IMG/VR virus record: IMGVR_UViG_3300045454_000015
Coordinates: 1-61,189 of that record
DNA: 61,189 nucleotides
Direction: 5' to 3' (one strand)
From: a virus
In this document: positions 14,867 through 22,038 of the stretch, piece by piece
Position numbering within the stretch: position 1 is the first letter of the stretch
How the letters are laid out: each line of letters begins with the position of its first letter
Notes under the pieces: model-generated
Told to the model about the DNA's origin: nothing
Seen by the model: the letters and a program-made list of their open reading frames with translations, nothing else
Databases searched by the model: none
Position numbers and translations under genes: made by a program

Positions 14867-15697
14867 ATGTTCGACAAGGAAGCCATCCAGGAACTGCAGG
14901 CCAGTGCGGCCACTTACATGCTCGCCGAGGCCGCGAAGGAAGCGATCGAGCTGGGCCACGCCACGGTCTTTGCGCCCGAGGGCTACACCCGCCACGATCT
15001 CGAAAGCCTGCTGAATCATCGGCGTCACGCCCGCGGCACGATGTCCACCAACCAGATCGAGAGCTTCGCGGCCTTCGCGGGCGCTCACAAGGGAGAAGGG
15101 GCCCGCGTGTTCGTGGACCCCGACACGATGAAGGCCGTGGCCGTGCTGAACCTCGGGACCGACGAGAAGCCCGGCCATGCCGACAACCACGCCGTGTTCA
15201 GCGCAGAGAAGACCTCTGCCTACAAGGCCCTGCAGCAGATCTCCGGCGGCCACCCACGCAGCCAAGCAACGCTGGCCGAGTTCCTGGAAGACTGGTCCGA
15301 CAAGATCTTGTGCTTCCGTGAAGGTGCCCAGATTGCGGTCGGCCACGCCACCGCAGCAGTGCGCAAGGTGACGATCGAGGCGATGCGCAAGCTGGAGGCC
15401 ACGGAGCAGCAACTGAGCGCGAGCCGCTCCACGCTGGAGAGCATTTCTGCCGCCTCCACGGTCAACCTGCCCACGCACATCTACTTCACCACCGTGCCCT
15501 ATATGGGCCTGTCGGAGCGCTGCTTTGTGCTGCGCCTGGGGGTTCTCACCTCCGGCGACAAGCCTGCGCTCAACCTGCGCACGGTGAACCAGGAGAAGCA
15601 CGACGAGGAGATGGCTGTCGAGCTGGTGGAGTTGGTGCGCAAGGCGCTCGGCGACAGCATGCCCGCCCACGTCGGCAAGTACGAAGCCAAGCGCTGA
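14867..15697 (+). CDS. DUF2303 (YfdQ-like) protein, 276 aa
   Basis: ...ARVFVDPDTMKAVAVLNLGTDEKPGHADNHAVF...LAEFLEDWSD...AAVRKVTIEA... follows the YfdQ family pattern. Confidence 0.6.
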   Translation: MFDKEAIQELQASAATYMLAEAAKEAIELGHATVFAPEGYTRHDLESLLNHRRHARGTMSTNQIESFAAFAGAHKGEGARVFVDPDTMKAVAVLNLGTDEKPGHADNHAVFSAEKTSAYKALQQISGGHPRSQATLAEFLEDWSDKILCFREGAQIAVGHATAAVRKVTIEAMRKLEATEQQLSASRSTLESISAASTVNLPTHIYFTTVPYMGLSERCFVLRLGVLTSGDKPALNLRTVNQEKHDEEMAVELVELVRKALGDSMPAHVGKYEAKR

Positions 15698-15804
15698 CCC
15701 AGTTTCCGGGGCCATGGCCACCAGCCTCCTCCTCCCGACGTCCCTCCCTCCTTGCTGGTGACCGCCCCTTTTTCTTCTCAACCGCTCACGAAAGGAGCAC
15801 TGCT

Positions 15805-16224
15805 GTGAACGATGACCAGATCGAACAGGAAATCCAGGCCAAGGGCCTGACCGCGCCGCGGGTCACGCCGGCCGACATCGAGGCGAACATCGCCAGCGAG
15901 CACTACTTCACTGCTGCTGATGGCGATTTTGCGGTACGTGGTAAGAGGCCGTGCGCGTTGCCTGAAGACCCGCTCGCACTTCTCACCTTCTGCGTCCTGG
16001 TCCTGCGCAATGGCTTCACCGTCACCGGCGAGTCGGCCTGCGCGAGCCCCGAGAACTTCAATGCCGAGATCGGCCGCAAACTCGCCCGCGCGAAGGCATT
16101 CGAGAAGGTCTGGCCGCTGCTGGGCTTCCGGCTGCGCGACGAGCTGTCCCGGCCGCGCCTGACCGCCGCTGATGCCCAGGCCGACACCGCTGGCACGCCC
16201 CGCCCCGACAACCCCACTGTCTGA
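15805..16224 (+). CDS. Gp49-like (Phage_gp49_66) protein, 139 aa
   Basis: LTFCVLVLRNGFTVTGESACASPENFNAEIGRKLARAKAFEKVW is present. SD aaggag, GTG start. Confidence 0.6.
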   Translation: MNDDQIEQEIQAKGLTAPRVTPADIEANIASEHYFTAADGDFAVRGKRPCALPEDPLALLTFCVLVLRNGFTVTGESACASPENFNAEIGRKLARAKAFEKVWPLLGFRLRDELSRPRLTAADAQADTAGTPRPDNPTV

Positions 16225-16266
16225 CCACAAGGGCGGCAGTGCTGCCCTTCCCCACGGAGCCCCACC

Positions 16267-16548
16267 ATGCCCACCCCTGAAGACACCCAGGCCCGAGTCA
16301 TCCGCGTGATCGAGCAGCAGCTCGGCACGAAAGTCCAACTCAGCCACAAGATCGTGGAGGACCTCGGCGCTGACAGCCTGGACACCATCGAACTCGTGAT
16401 GGCCGTCGAAGACGAGTTCGGCATCGAGATCAGCGACGACGAGGCCGAGGCCTGCCGCACGGTGCAGGACTGCGTTGATCTCGTGGCCCGCAAGCTGGGC
16501 ATGGTGGCGGCTGGTGCCAGCGACAGCGAGGGCGGGGAGGCGACATGA
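16267..16548 (+). CDS. Acyl carrier protein, 93 aa
   Basis: [39 protein letters not shown] is near-canonical AcpP helix II, including the DSL phosphopantetheine serine. Confidence 0.9.
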   Translation: MPTPEDTQARVIRVIEQQLGTKVQLSHKIVEDLGADSLDTIELVMAVEDEFGIEISDDEAEACRTVQDCVDLVARKLGMVAAGASDSEGGEAT

Positions 16549-16955
16549 TCGCACTCTCCATCCGCCAGCCCTGGGCCAGCCTGATCCTGAAGTGCGGCAA
16601 GGACATCGAGAACCGGAACTGGCGAACCAAGTTCCGTGGGCGCGTGCTGATACACGCAGCCAAGGGCATGACGCGCGGCGAACACATGGACGCGATCATG
16701 TTCGCGGTGGACGCCATCAAGCGGGACTCTGGCAAGGCGCGTTTCACGACCAGGGTGACGCTGCGCGAACTGGGCTTTGCCTACGAGGAACTTCCGCGCG
16801 GCGGGATCATCGGCAGCGTGGAGATCGTGGACTGCGTGGAGGCCAGCGAATCGCCCTGGTTCGTTGGCCCCTACGGGTTCGTGCTGCGCGACCCGCAGCC
16901 GCTTCCGTTCCGTGAGTTCAAGGGCCAGCTCGGCTTCTTCGAGGTGCCAGCATGA
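16545..16955 (+). CDS. ASCH-domain protein, 136 aa
   Basis: [22 protein letters not shown]...RVLIHA is present. ATGA overlap with the ACP stop. Confidence 0.75.
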   Translation: MIALSIRQPWASLILKCGKDIENRNWRTKFRGRVLIHAAKGMTRGEHMDAIMFAVDAIKRDSGKARFTTRVTLRELGFAYEELPRGGIIGSVEIVDCVEASESPWFVGPYGFVLRDPQPLPFREFKGQLGFFEVPA

Positions 16956-17140
16956 CACCCCGCCGCAACGCCCGCCGCCTGGCGCGAGAGCTGAAGCACG
17001 CGCCCCCCGACTTCACCGCGCTGATGGACAGCACCAGCGCCTGGGACTTCACTGCTGACCGTTGCGAGCACGGCAAGCGGTGGAAAGACGATTGCTCGCA
17101 ATGTGAGGCTGAGGCCTCGGAAGAAGATCAGGAGGAATGA
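16952..17140 (+). CDS. Hypothetical protein, 62 aa
   Basis: Track ORF with an ATGA overlap. Confidence 0.45.
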   Translation: MTPRRNARRLARELKHAPPDFTALMDSTSAWDFTADRCEHGKRWKDDCSQCEAEASEEDQEE

Positions 17141-17310
17141 TGCAGCACTACGAAGTGACCTACCGCGCGACCGTTGACACGCCCATTGGCCACGTGAGCG
17201 AGGAGCGCATCAAGGCCGTGCTGGACAAGGCCATGAACGTCGAGATGTCCAAGCAGCGCGGCGCGGCCTGGCCGGGCAGCGTGGAAGTGCAGCCGATCAC
17301 GAAGGACTGA
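17137..17310 (+). CDS. Hypothetical protein, 57 aa (below the track size cutoff)
   Basis: Hand translation gives MMQHYEVTYRATVDTPIGHVSEERIKAVLDKAMNVEMSKQRGAAWPGSVEVQPITKD. SD aggagga, high GC3. Confidence 0.5.
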   Translation: MMQHYEVTYRATVDTPIGHVSEERIKAVLDKAMNVEMSKQRGAAWPGSVEVQPITKD

Positions 17311-17313
17311 GCG

Positions 17314-17622
17314 ATGAACCGAACCGACGACGAGTGCTACACGGGAACCGGGCCTGCGGCTGAGGTGGCGAACGGCTGGGGCAAGCCCTGCTATTCCGAC
17401 GTTGCCGCGCATGCAGGCCAAACCAACCAAGGACAGCCCACCTACGCCGAACTCCTCGCACAGAGGGATGAGCTTGCGGCAGCGCTGCGCGGGATGCTGA
17501 ACATCGTCAACGACAGCCGCGGGGTCGCTGGCTATCACCTGAACGGTGCTGTCGCCGATTGGAGTGAATTTGAAGAGGTTGACGCTGCCAGCGCCGCCAT
17601 CTCTCGCATCAAAGGAGCCTGA
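17314..17622 (+). CDS. Hypothetical protein, 102 aa
   Basis: Track ORF in the operon orientation. Confidence 0.5.
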   Translation: MNRTDDECYTGTGPAAEVANGWGKPCYSDVAAHAGQTNQGQPTYAELLAQRDELAAALRGMLNIVNDSRGVAGYHLNGAVADWSEFEEVDAASAAISRIKGA

Positions 17623-17623
17623 C

Positions 17624-17989
17624 ATGGACACCAAAGACAGCGACCGCGAGTTGCTGAGGTGGGCCGCGAAGGCGGCTGGGCACTCGCTTGTGTGGGGAGA
17701 GAAACACAAGCTAGGCGACGACACCATTGACTGCACAGACATAGCCTACATCCGAAGCGGTCAATCCGATGATGGGGACGTTTATTGGAACCCACTCGAA
17801 GACTACGGTGATGCGCTGGAGCTGGCGGTGAGGCTTGAGCTTTCAGTGTCCGTGAGTCGCCTTGCGTGTACTGCATCTCATCTGCACATCTGGCATGTTA
17901 TCAGCGAACCTGGTGGGCGTGATATTGGAGCGGCCACAAGGCTCGCCATCGTCCGCGCTGCCGCTGAACTTGGAAGGCTGAGATCGTGA
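17624..17989 (+). CDS. Hypothetical protein, 121 aa
   Basis: SD aaaggag precedes the ATG (MDTKDSDREL). Lower-GC segment. Confidence 0.5.
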   Translation: MDTKDSDRELLRWAAKAAGHSLVWGEKHKLGDDTIDCTDIAYIRSGQSDDGDVYWNPLEDYGDALELAVRLELSVSVSRLACTASHLHIWHVISEPGGRDIGAATRLAIVRAAAELGRLRS

Positions 17990-18064
17990 GCCCAACAACT
18001 GCCTACTGGATCGGCGCTGCGGTTGCGTCGGTCTTTTGGAATCTCTTTTACTTAGGGTGCTGAC

Positions 18065-18439
18065 ATGAGCAACATCGACAAGGCAGCGGAGGCGCTGCGG
18101 CTGGCTGACAAACTCGCCGCGCTGGTGGACACCTATCCGCAGGAGGATGAAGATACTCCGGGTGGTTACTGCTCAGTCTTTGATGAGCAGCTAGACACTG
18201 CCGCCTCATGGCTCCGCGAGTACGCCGCACTGCTTCAGGCCCAGCCCGTCGCTTGCCTGGTCGAGAACGAGGCGCTGAGGAAGGATGCGCAGCGGCTGGA
18301 CGCCATCGAGCGCAACGCCCGGTGCGATCCGAAGATGTGCGGGAATCACGTGTGGTGGCCGACGACCTGGAAGCATCAACTGACCGGCCCGACCCTGCGC
18401 GCCGCCATCGACGCAGCCATGACCAAGGGGGAAGCATGA
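18065..18439 (+). CDS. Hypothetical protein, 124 aa
   Basis: Track ORF. Confidence 0.5.
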   Translation: MSNIDKAAEALRLADKLAALVDTYPQEDEDTPGGYCSVFDEQLDTAASWLREYAALLQAQPVACLVENEALRKDAQRLDAIERNARCDPKMCGNHVWWPTTWKHQLTGPTLRAAIDAAMTKGEA

Positions 18440-18732
18440 GAGCCAGGCGCATCAGCATCAGCGCCTCAATCGAGCGTGAAACGCTGCCGCAGTTTTTTCA
18501 GAGGGTGCGCAATGGTGGCGCTAGGAAGCCGCTGCGCAGCCTTCGTGAACTAGCCGATGAATTCGGCGTGCCACATAAGACCTTGCAGGCCAAGCTAGGC
18601 CGATGCAAAAACGCGCCACAACCCATATACAGCACCGGCGACCAAAAGACGGCCTCGCAGCGCAACACATGGTATGACCCGCAAGAGGTACGCAGATGGT
18701 GGGCAGCCATGACCAAGGAGCAGAAGACATGA
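18436..18732 (+). CDS. Hypothetical protein, possibly HTH, 98 aa
   Basis: Internal ATG in an ATGA overlap. LRELADEFGVPHKTLQAKL is HTH-like. Confidence 0.5.
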   Translation: MRARRISISASIERETLPQFFQRVRNGGARKPLRSLRELADEFGVPHKTLQAKLGRCKNAPQPIYSTGDQKTASQRNTWYDPQEVRRWWAAMTKEQKT

Positions 18733-18932
18733 CCGTAATCCGCTGGGTGGGCTTCATAGGCGCCGGAGCGCTGCTGTGGATGTTTGGCCTGCTAGCGCTG
18801 GACGTTCCAGCCGATCTGCCTCACTGGCGCATCATCGCGGGCGCAGCATTGCTGACGTGTGCCGTGCATTTGTTCCAGTGGGCCGCCCTCACCACCACAG
18901 CCGACAACCAGGAACCACCGAAAGGACAGTGA
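18729..18932 (+). CDS. Small two-TM membrane protein, 67 aa
   Basis: MTVIRWVGFIGAGALLWMFGLLAL...IIAGAALLTCAVHLF. ATGA overlap. Confidence 0.45.
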   Translation: MTVIRWVGFIGAGALLWMFGLLALDVPADLPHWRIIAGAALLTCAVHLFQWAALTTTADNQEPPKGQ

Positions 18933-18933
18933 G

Positions 18934-19200
18934 ATGCGCATTGACAATGATGGCCGCGTGAGCCCGGAAGCATTCAAGGCGCAGATTCGCTCGATGCCTG
19001 ACTCGCAGCTCATCGCCCAGGATCTGGTGCAGCAGGGCGCGGTGCATGCGATCAGCTTCCTTCTCAACTACGGATGCACAGAAGAGAACGCCGCCGACAT
19101 GCTCGCGTCTCTGCGCGAAAACGCTCGGCTGATCCGAGAGGAGGCTGCACTGCGTGGGCGCCCTCAATTGTTCGAGCGCGATCAGACCGTGTTTTCGTGA
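18934..19200 (+). CDS. Hypothetical protein, 88 aa
   Basis: Internal ATG (MRIDNDGRV) 2 nt after the upstream stop. Confidence 0.5.
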   Translation: MRIDNDGRVSPEAFKAQIRSMPDSQLIAQDLVQQGAVHAISFLLNYGCTEENAADMLASLRENARLIREEAALRGRPQLFERDQTVFS

Positions 19201-19225
19201 GCCAGAGACAGGGAAGGAGTGAGAG

Positions 19226-19462
19226 ATGCTGATAAATGACGGCTACATCGTTCCGAGTCGGGAGCCTGCTGTCGCGCCGCGATGGGTCGATGGTGAGCCT
19301 GAAAACCTTCAAGCCGCAGCACTCGACGCACTAGAGTGGCTTGAACTCATCAAGCGCCTAAACGACGCAGGGCGATGGAAGTTCAGCGAGCGCGACAGTC
19401 GCAAAAAGCTGGACCGCTGCATCGCGCTGCTGCGCGAGCACATCAGGAGCGCCCAATGCTGA
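19226..19462 (+). CDS. Hypothetical protein, 78 aa
   Basis: Track ORF with SD ggaaggag. Confidence 0.5.
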   Translation: MLINDGYIVPSREPAVAPRWVDGEPENLQAAALDALEWLELIKRLNDAGRWKFSERDSRKKLDRCIALLREHIRSAQC

Positions 19463-19701
19463 CCGACGAGCAATGCAACGAGTTCCGAAGCCTGCCGGTG
19501 TCCTTCAACGACATGGTGCGCGCGATCCATGCGGACGGCTACGCCCAGGCCCTCAAGGATGCGGCAGCGGCGTGCGAGCGCGTGGGCGACGAATACACCG
19601 AGCGAGAGCGCTTCAAGTGCCTGGAAATGCGTTCGGACGCCGAGACGGGGGCAGCAAGCTGCGCCGCCGCCATCCTGGCGCTGGGGAAGGAGAAACCTTG
19701 A
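19456..19701 (+). CDS. Hypothetical protein, 81 aa
   Basis: Internal ATG (MLTDEQCNEF) overlapping the upstream stop. Confidence 0.5.
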   Translation: MLTDEQCNEFRSLPVSFNDMVRAIHADGYAQALKDAAAACERVGDEYTERERFKCLEMRSDAETGAASCAAAILALGKEKP

Positions 19702-19702
19702 A

Positions 19703-20038
19703 ATGCTCACAGCCGCTCAGCTTGCCTCAGCCCTCGGCATCAGCGAACGCCAGGTGTATCGTCTGGGCAGCGAGGGGATGCCGTCTGTCCCGATCGGAGC
19801 CCGTGGGAGGCGCTACGATCTGGATGAGTGTCGCACCTGGTTGCGGGAGTCGTACCCATGCCTGTCAAGAGAACGCCGGCCGGTGGCTGGGAGGTCAGCG
19901 TCTGCGTCAACTATCAGCGAGTTCACCGACGCCTGCCGGCGGGTACATCTGCGGGTGAAGCCAAGCGCGTCGAAGCCGAGCTGCGAAGCGCCCTCAGCCG
20001 AGGTCGAGCGCCGGTTGTCCCTGGTGACCCAGGACTGA
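19703..20038 (+). CDS. xis: Excisionase (MerR/HTH_17-like); the frame stays open 181 nt into int
   Basis: MLTAAQLASALGISERQVYRLGSEGMPSVPIGARGRRYDLDECRTWL is the classic Xis HTH. It lies immediately upstream of int. Confidence 0.6.
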   Translation: MLTAAQLASALGISERQVYRLGSEGMPSVPIGARGRRYDLDECRTWLRESYPCLSRERRPVAGRSASASTISEFTDACRRVHLRVKPSASKPSCEAPSAEVERRLSLVTQD

Positions 20039-20859
20039 CGGAGATGATGGCGCTCTACATGCAGCACCTGAAGACGCTGCGCAGCCCCGACACGGCGAGG
20101 TATCACGCCCTGCGCATCGGCCAGTGGGTCGAGCGATACCGCGCCTCCGAGGCCCGGCAGGCGGCCGCCCACATCGTGCGCGACATGACCGGCTCCTACG
20201 CCCCGGCCACGATCAACCGCAGCCTGGGCGCACTGAAGAAGGCCCTGAAACTGGCCTGGGAGTCGGGGCGGACCGCTCTAGACTACAGCCAGCACATCAA
20301 GCGCCTGGCCGAGCGCAACGAGCGCACGGTGTACCTGAGCATGGAGGAGGTCAAGAGGATCGCCGACTGCGCCAGCGATGCCGTGCGAGCGGCGATCTGG
20401 ATTTCGCTACTGACCGGATGCCGCAGGGGCGAGGTGTGCAAGATCCGGCGCGAGGACATCGGCGCCGACACCATCCGCATCCAGGCCGGCAACACCAAGA
20501 CGCTGCGCTACCGTGAGGTGCCCATCGTGCCAGCACTGCGACCGTGGCTGCAATGGCTGCCGTTGCCGATTGGCTTTGAGGGGGTCAAGACGGGTTTTCG
20601 GCGGGCGCGCGAGGCGGCCGGGATGCGCCATGTCCACTTCCACGACCTGCGCCACTCGTGCGCGACGATCATGCTGGACCTTGGGGTGCCGCTGGACGTG
20701 GTGCGAGACATCCTCGGCCACACCTCGGTGCGCACCACCGAGCGGTACGCGCACCGGCTGGTGCAACACAAGCGCGAAGCGATGGAGCGCCTGGGGGTTT
20801 TGCATCAGGTCTTGCACCAGGAAGAAGAACGGCCCCGTCGGGGGCCGCTAAGTGCTTGA
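19858..20859 (+). CDS. int: Tyrosine integrase, 333 aa
   Basis: TGCRRGE, HFHDLRHSCAT and GHTSVRTTERYAH supply the R...HxxR...Y catalytic motifs. Start chosen at MPVKRTPAGG. Confidence 0.9.
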   Translation: MPVKRTPAGGWEVSVCVNYQRVHRRLPAGTSAGEAKRVEAELRSALSRGRAPVVPGDPGLTEMMALYMQHLKTLRSPDTARYHALRIGQWVERYRASEARQAAAHIVRDMTGSYAPATINRSLGALKKALKLAWESGRTALDYSQHIKRLAERNERTVYLSMEEVKRIADCASDAVRAAIWISLLTGCRRGEVCKIRREDIGADTIRIQAGNTKTLRYREVPIVPALRPWLQWLPLPIGFEGVKTGFRRAREAAGMRHVHFHDLRHSCATIMLDLGVPLDVVRDILGHTSVRTTERYAHRLVQHKREAMERLGVLHQVLHQEEERPRRGPLSA

Positions 20860-20865
20860 TTTTAT

Positions 20866-20915
20866 TGGTGGGTGGTGCAGGGTTCGAACCTGCGACCCCT
20901 GCCGTGTGAAGGCAA
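20866..20915 (-). other. attP core: 3' part of a tRNA-Val(CAC) gene (anticodon arm to CCA)
   Basis: The minus strand reads ttgcc-TTCACAC-ggcag-gggtc-GCAGG-TTCGAAC-CCTGC-ACCACCC-A-CCA. No D-arm or 5' acceptor lies upstream. It starts 7 nt after the int stop. Confidence 0.75.
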
Positions 20916-20977
20916 GGCAGGCCCAGTCAGCATGCAGCTCTACGCCTTGCGTGGCGCGGCTCGGCAGACACTGGCGG

Positions 20978-20998
20978 CCCTGTTCGGACAGGGTTTTT
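20978..20998 (+). terminator. Rho-independent terminator downstream of int/attP
   Basis: The ccctgt-tcgg-acaggg hairpin is followed by ttttt. Confidence 0.6.
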
Positions 20999-21016
20999 CA
21001 CCAGATTTGCACCAGA

Positions 21017-21520
21017 TCACGGGACACACCTCAATCCCTGCCGCTCGGCCCACAGTGCTCGGGCATCGGCAGCGTGACGTTCAGCCGCTGCTGCGAGATC
21101 TCCAACCAGGCGCACACCTTCGCCCAGTACGTCCCCGAGGGCACCAGCTCGGGCCTCACCGCTGGGGGTGGGAGTTCTGCCGGCTTGACCACCACCGGCG
21201 GCGTAGGCGGCGAAGGCGTTGCGCACGCCGTCAAGATCACGGCGCAGGCTGTCAGCAGTGCGGCGCAGGGCCAGCGTCTCGGCTTCGTGTGCACGGCGGT
21301 TCTCCTCGGCCTTCTTGGCCTGGTCTTCCTGGTGGCGGCGCATGCCCTCAGAGGCGTCCAGCGCCGCCCGGGTGGCCGCGGCGTTGATGCGGTCGCGCTC
21401 GGCCCGGGTGTCGGCGTGGGCCTGGGCCTCTGCTGAAAGCCTCAGCGTCTGGATGCCCAGCAGCACCACAAGGCTGGCGATCAGGTACGGCGCCAGGGTG
21501 GCCAGAGGGTTGCGGATCAC
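21017..21520 (-). CDS. i-spanin (Rz-like, DUF2514-type), 167 aa
   Basis: N-terminal TM (LAPYLIASLVVLLGI) followed by a long charged coiled coil. GTG start in a GTGA overlap. Last gene of the lysis block. Confidence 0.65.
   Translation of the reverse strand: MIRNPLATLAPYLIASLVVLLGIQTLRLSAEAQAHADTRAERDRINAAATRAALDASEGMRRHQEDQAKKAEENRRAHEAETLALRRTADSLRRDLDGVRNAFAAYAAGGGQAGRTPTPSGEARAGALGDVLGEGVRLVGDLAAAAERHAADARALWAERQGLRCVP
21031..21294 (-). CDS. o-spanin (Rz1-like lipoprotein) embedded in the i-spanin gene, 87 aa
   Basis: Lies in the +1 frame inside the Rz-like gene. The KPRR n-region is followed by lipoboxes LLTAC / ILTAC and a Pro-rich mature part (ATPSPPTPP...). Confidence 0.65.
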   Translation of the reverse strand: MHTKPRRWPCAALLTACAVILTACATPSPPTPPVVVKPAELPPPAVRPELVPSGTYWAKVCAWLEISQQRLNVTLPMPEHCGPSGRD

Positions 21521-21858
21521 AGGCGCACCTCGAGCACTTTCATGGCCCTGGTCTGGGCGGCGTTGAGCATGGCCAGGATGTCGCGGTCGAAGCCCTGCCA
21601 CAGCACGATCAGGGCATCAGCGGCTTGGAGCATGGCTTCGAGCTGCTTGCGCCGGGCGGCGTGGCCGTGGCGGCTGATCTCGGCGGCGATGATGTGCGTG
21701 GCCCGATGGTTGGCCGCGGCCCATTTGCAGGCGGCCTCCTCCACGCCGGGGCGTGGGCCGGTCACCACCTCGGTGATGTCCCACCCGCAGGTCAGGCAGG
21801 CCCGGGCCACGTCGAGCGGCTCGGCCAGCGTCAGGCTGCCGGTGATGGCGGTTCTCAT
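21517..21858 (-). CDS. Possible SLOG/DUF2493-like protein, 113 aa
   Basis: GVEEAACKWAAANHRATHIIAAEISRHGHAARRKQLEAMLQAADALIVLWQG resembles the DUF2493 C-terminal pattern. ATGA overlaps on both sides. Confidence 0.4.
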   Translation of the reverse strand: MRTAITGSLTLAEPLDVARACLTCGWDITEVVTGPRPGVEEAACKWAAANHRATHIIAAEISRHGHAARRKQLEAMLQAADALIVLWQGFDRDILAMLNAAQTRAMKVLEVRL

Positions 21859-22037
21859 CGCCCGGCCCAGGTGTCGCCGATGTTGCCGGCCATGTAGAGC
21901 CCGACATCCCACTTGACGATTTCTACCCACTGCCCGGCGTCGATCTGGCCAGCGATCAGCAGCCCAGTGGCCGAGATGAGAACAGCGCACGCGATGCCGA
22001 ACTTGCGGCTCTTGAAGCGGCGGTCGGGGTCGGCCAT
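21855..22037 (-). CDS. Holin-like small membrane protein, 60 aa
   Basis: Charged N-terminus and one TM (FGIACAVLISATGLLIAG). Adjacent to the muralytic gene. Confidence 0.5.
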   Translation of the reverse strand: MADPDRRFKSRKFGIACAVLISATGLLIAGQIDAGQWVEIVKWDVGLYMAGNIGDTWAGR

Positions 22038-22038
22038 G

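Noticed and set aside
12186-15781. Long minus-strand ORFs (498 aa and 700 aa) opposite the recombination genes.
   Set aside because: The translations are Arg/Gly/Ala/Leu-rich shadow frames typical of GC-rich DNA. They are antisense to genes with clear family signatures (YqaJ, HNH, DUF2303).
20866-20945. A complete tRNA gene carried by the phage.
   Set aside because: Only the anticodon arm, variable loop, T-arm and acceptor 3' strand plus CCA are present. The upstream sequence cannot form a D-arm or the 5' acceptor strand, so it is an attP fragment.
21017-21601. The ATG at 21601 as the i-spanin start.
   Set aside because: It would overlap the upstream gene by 85 nt and add an Arg/Pro-rich non-membrane extension. 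The GTG at 21520 sits in a GTGA stop-start overlap right before the TM helix.
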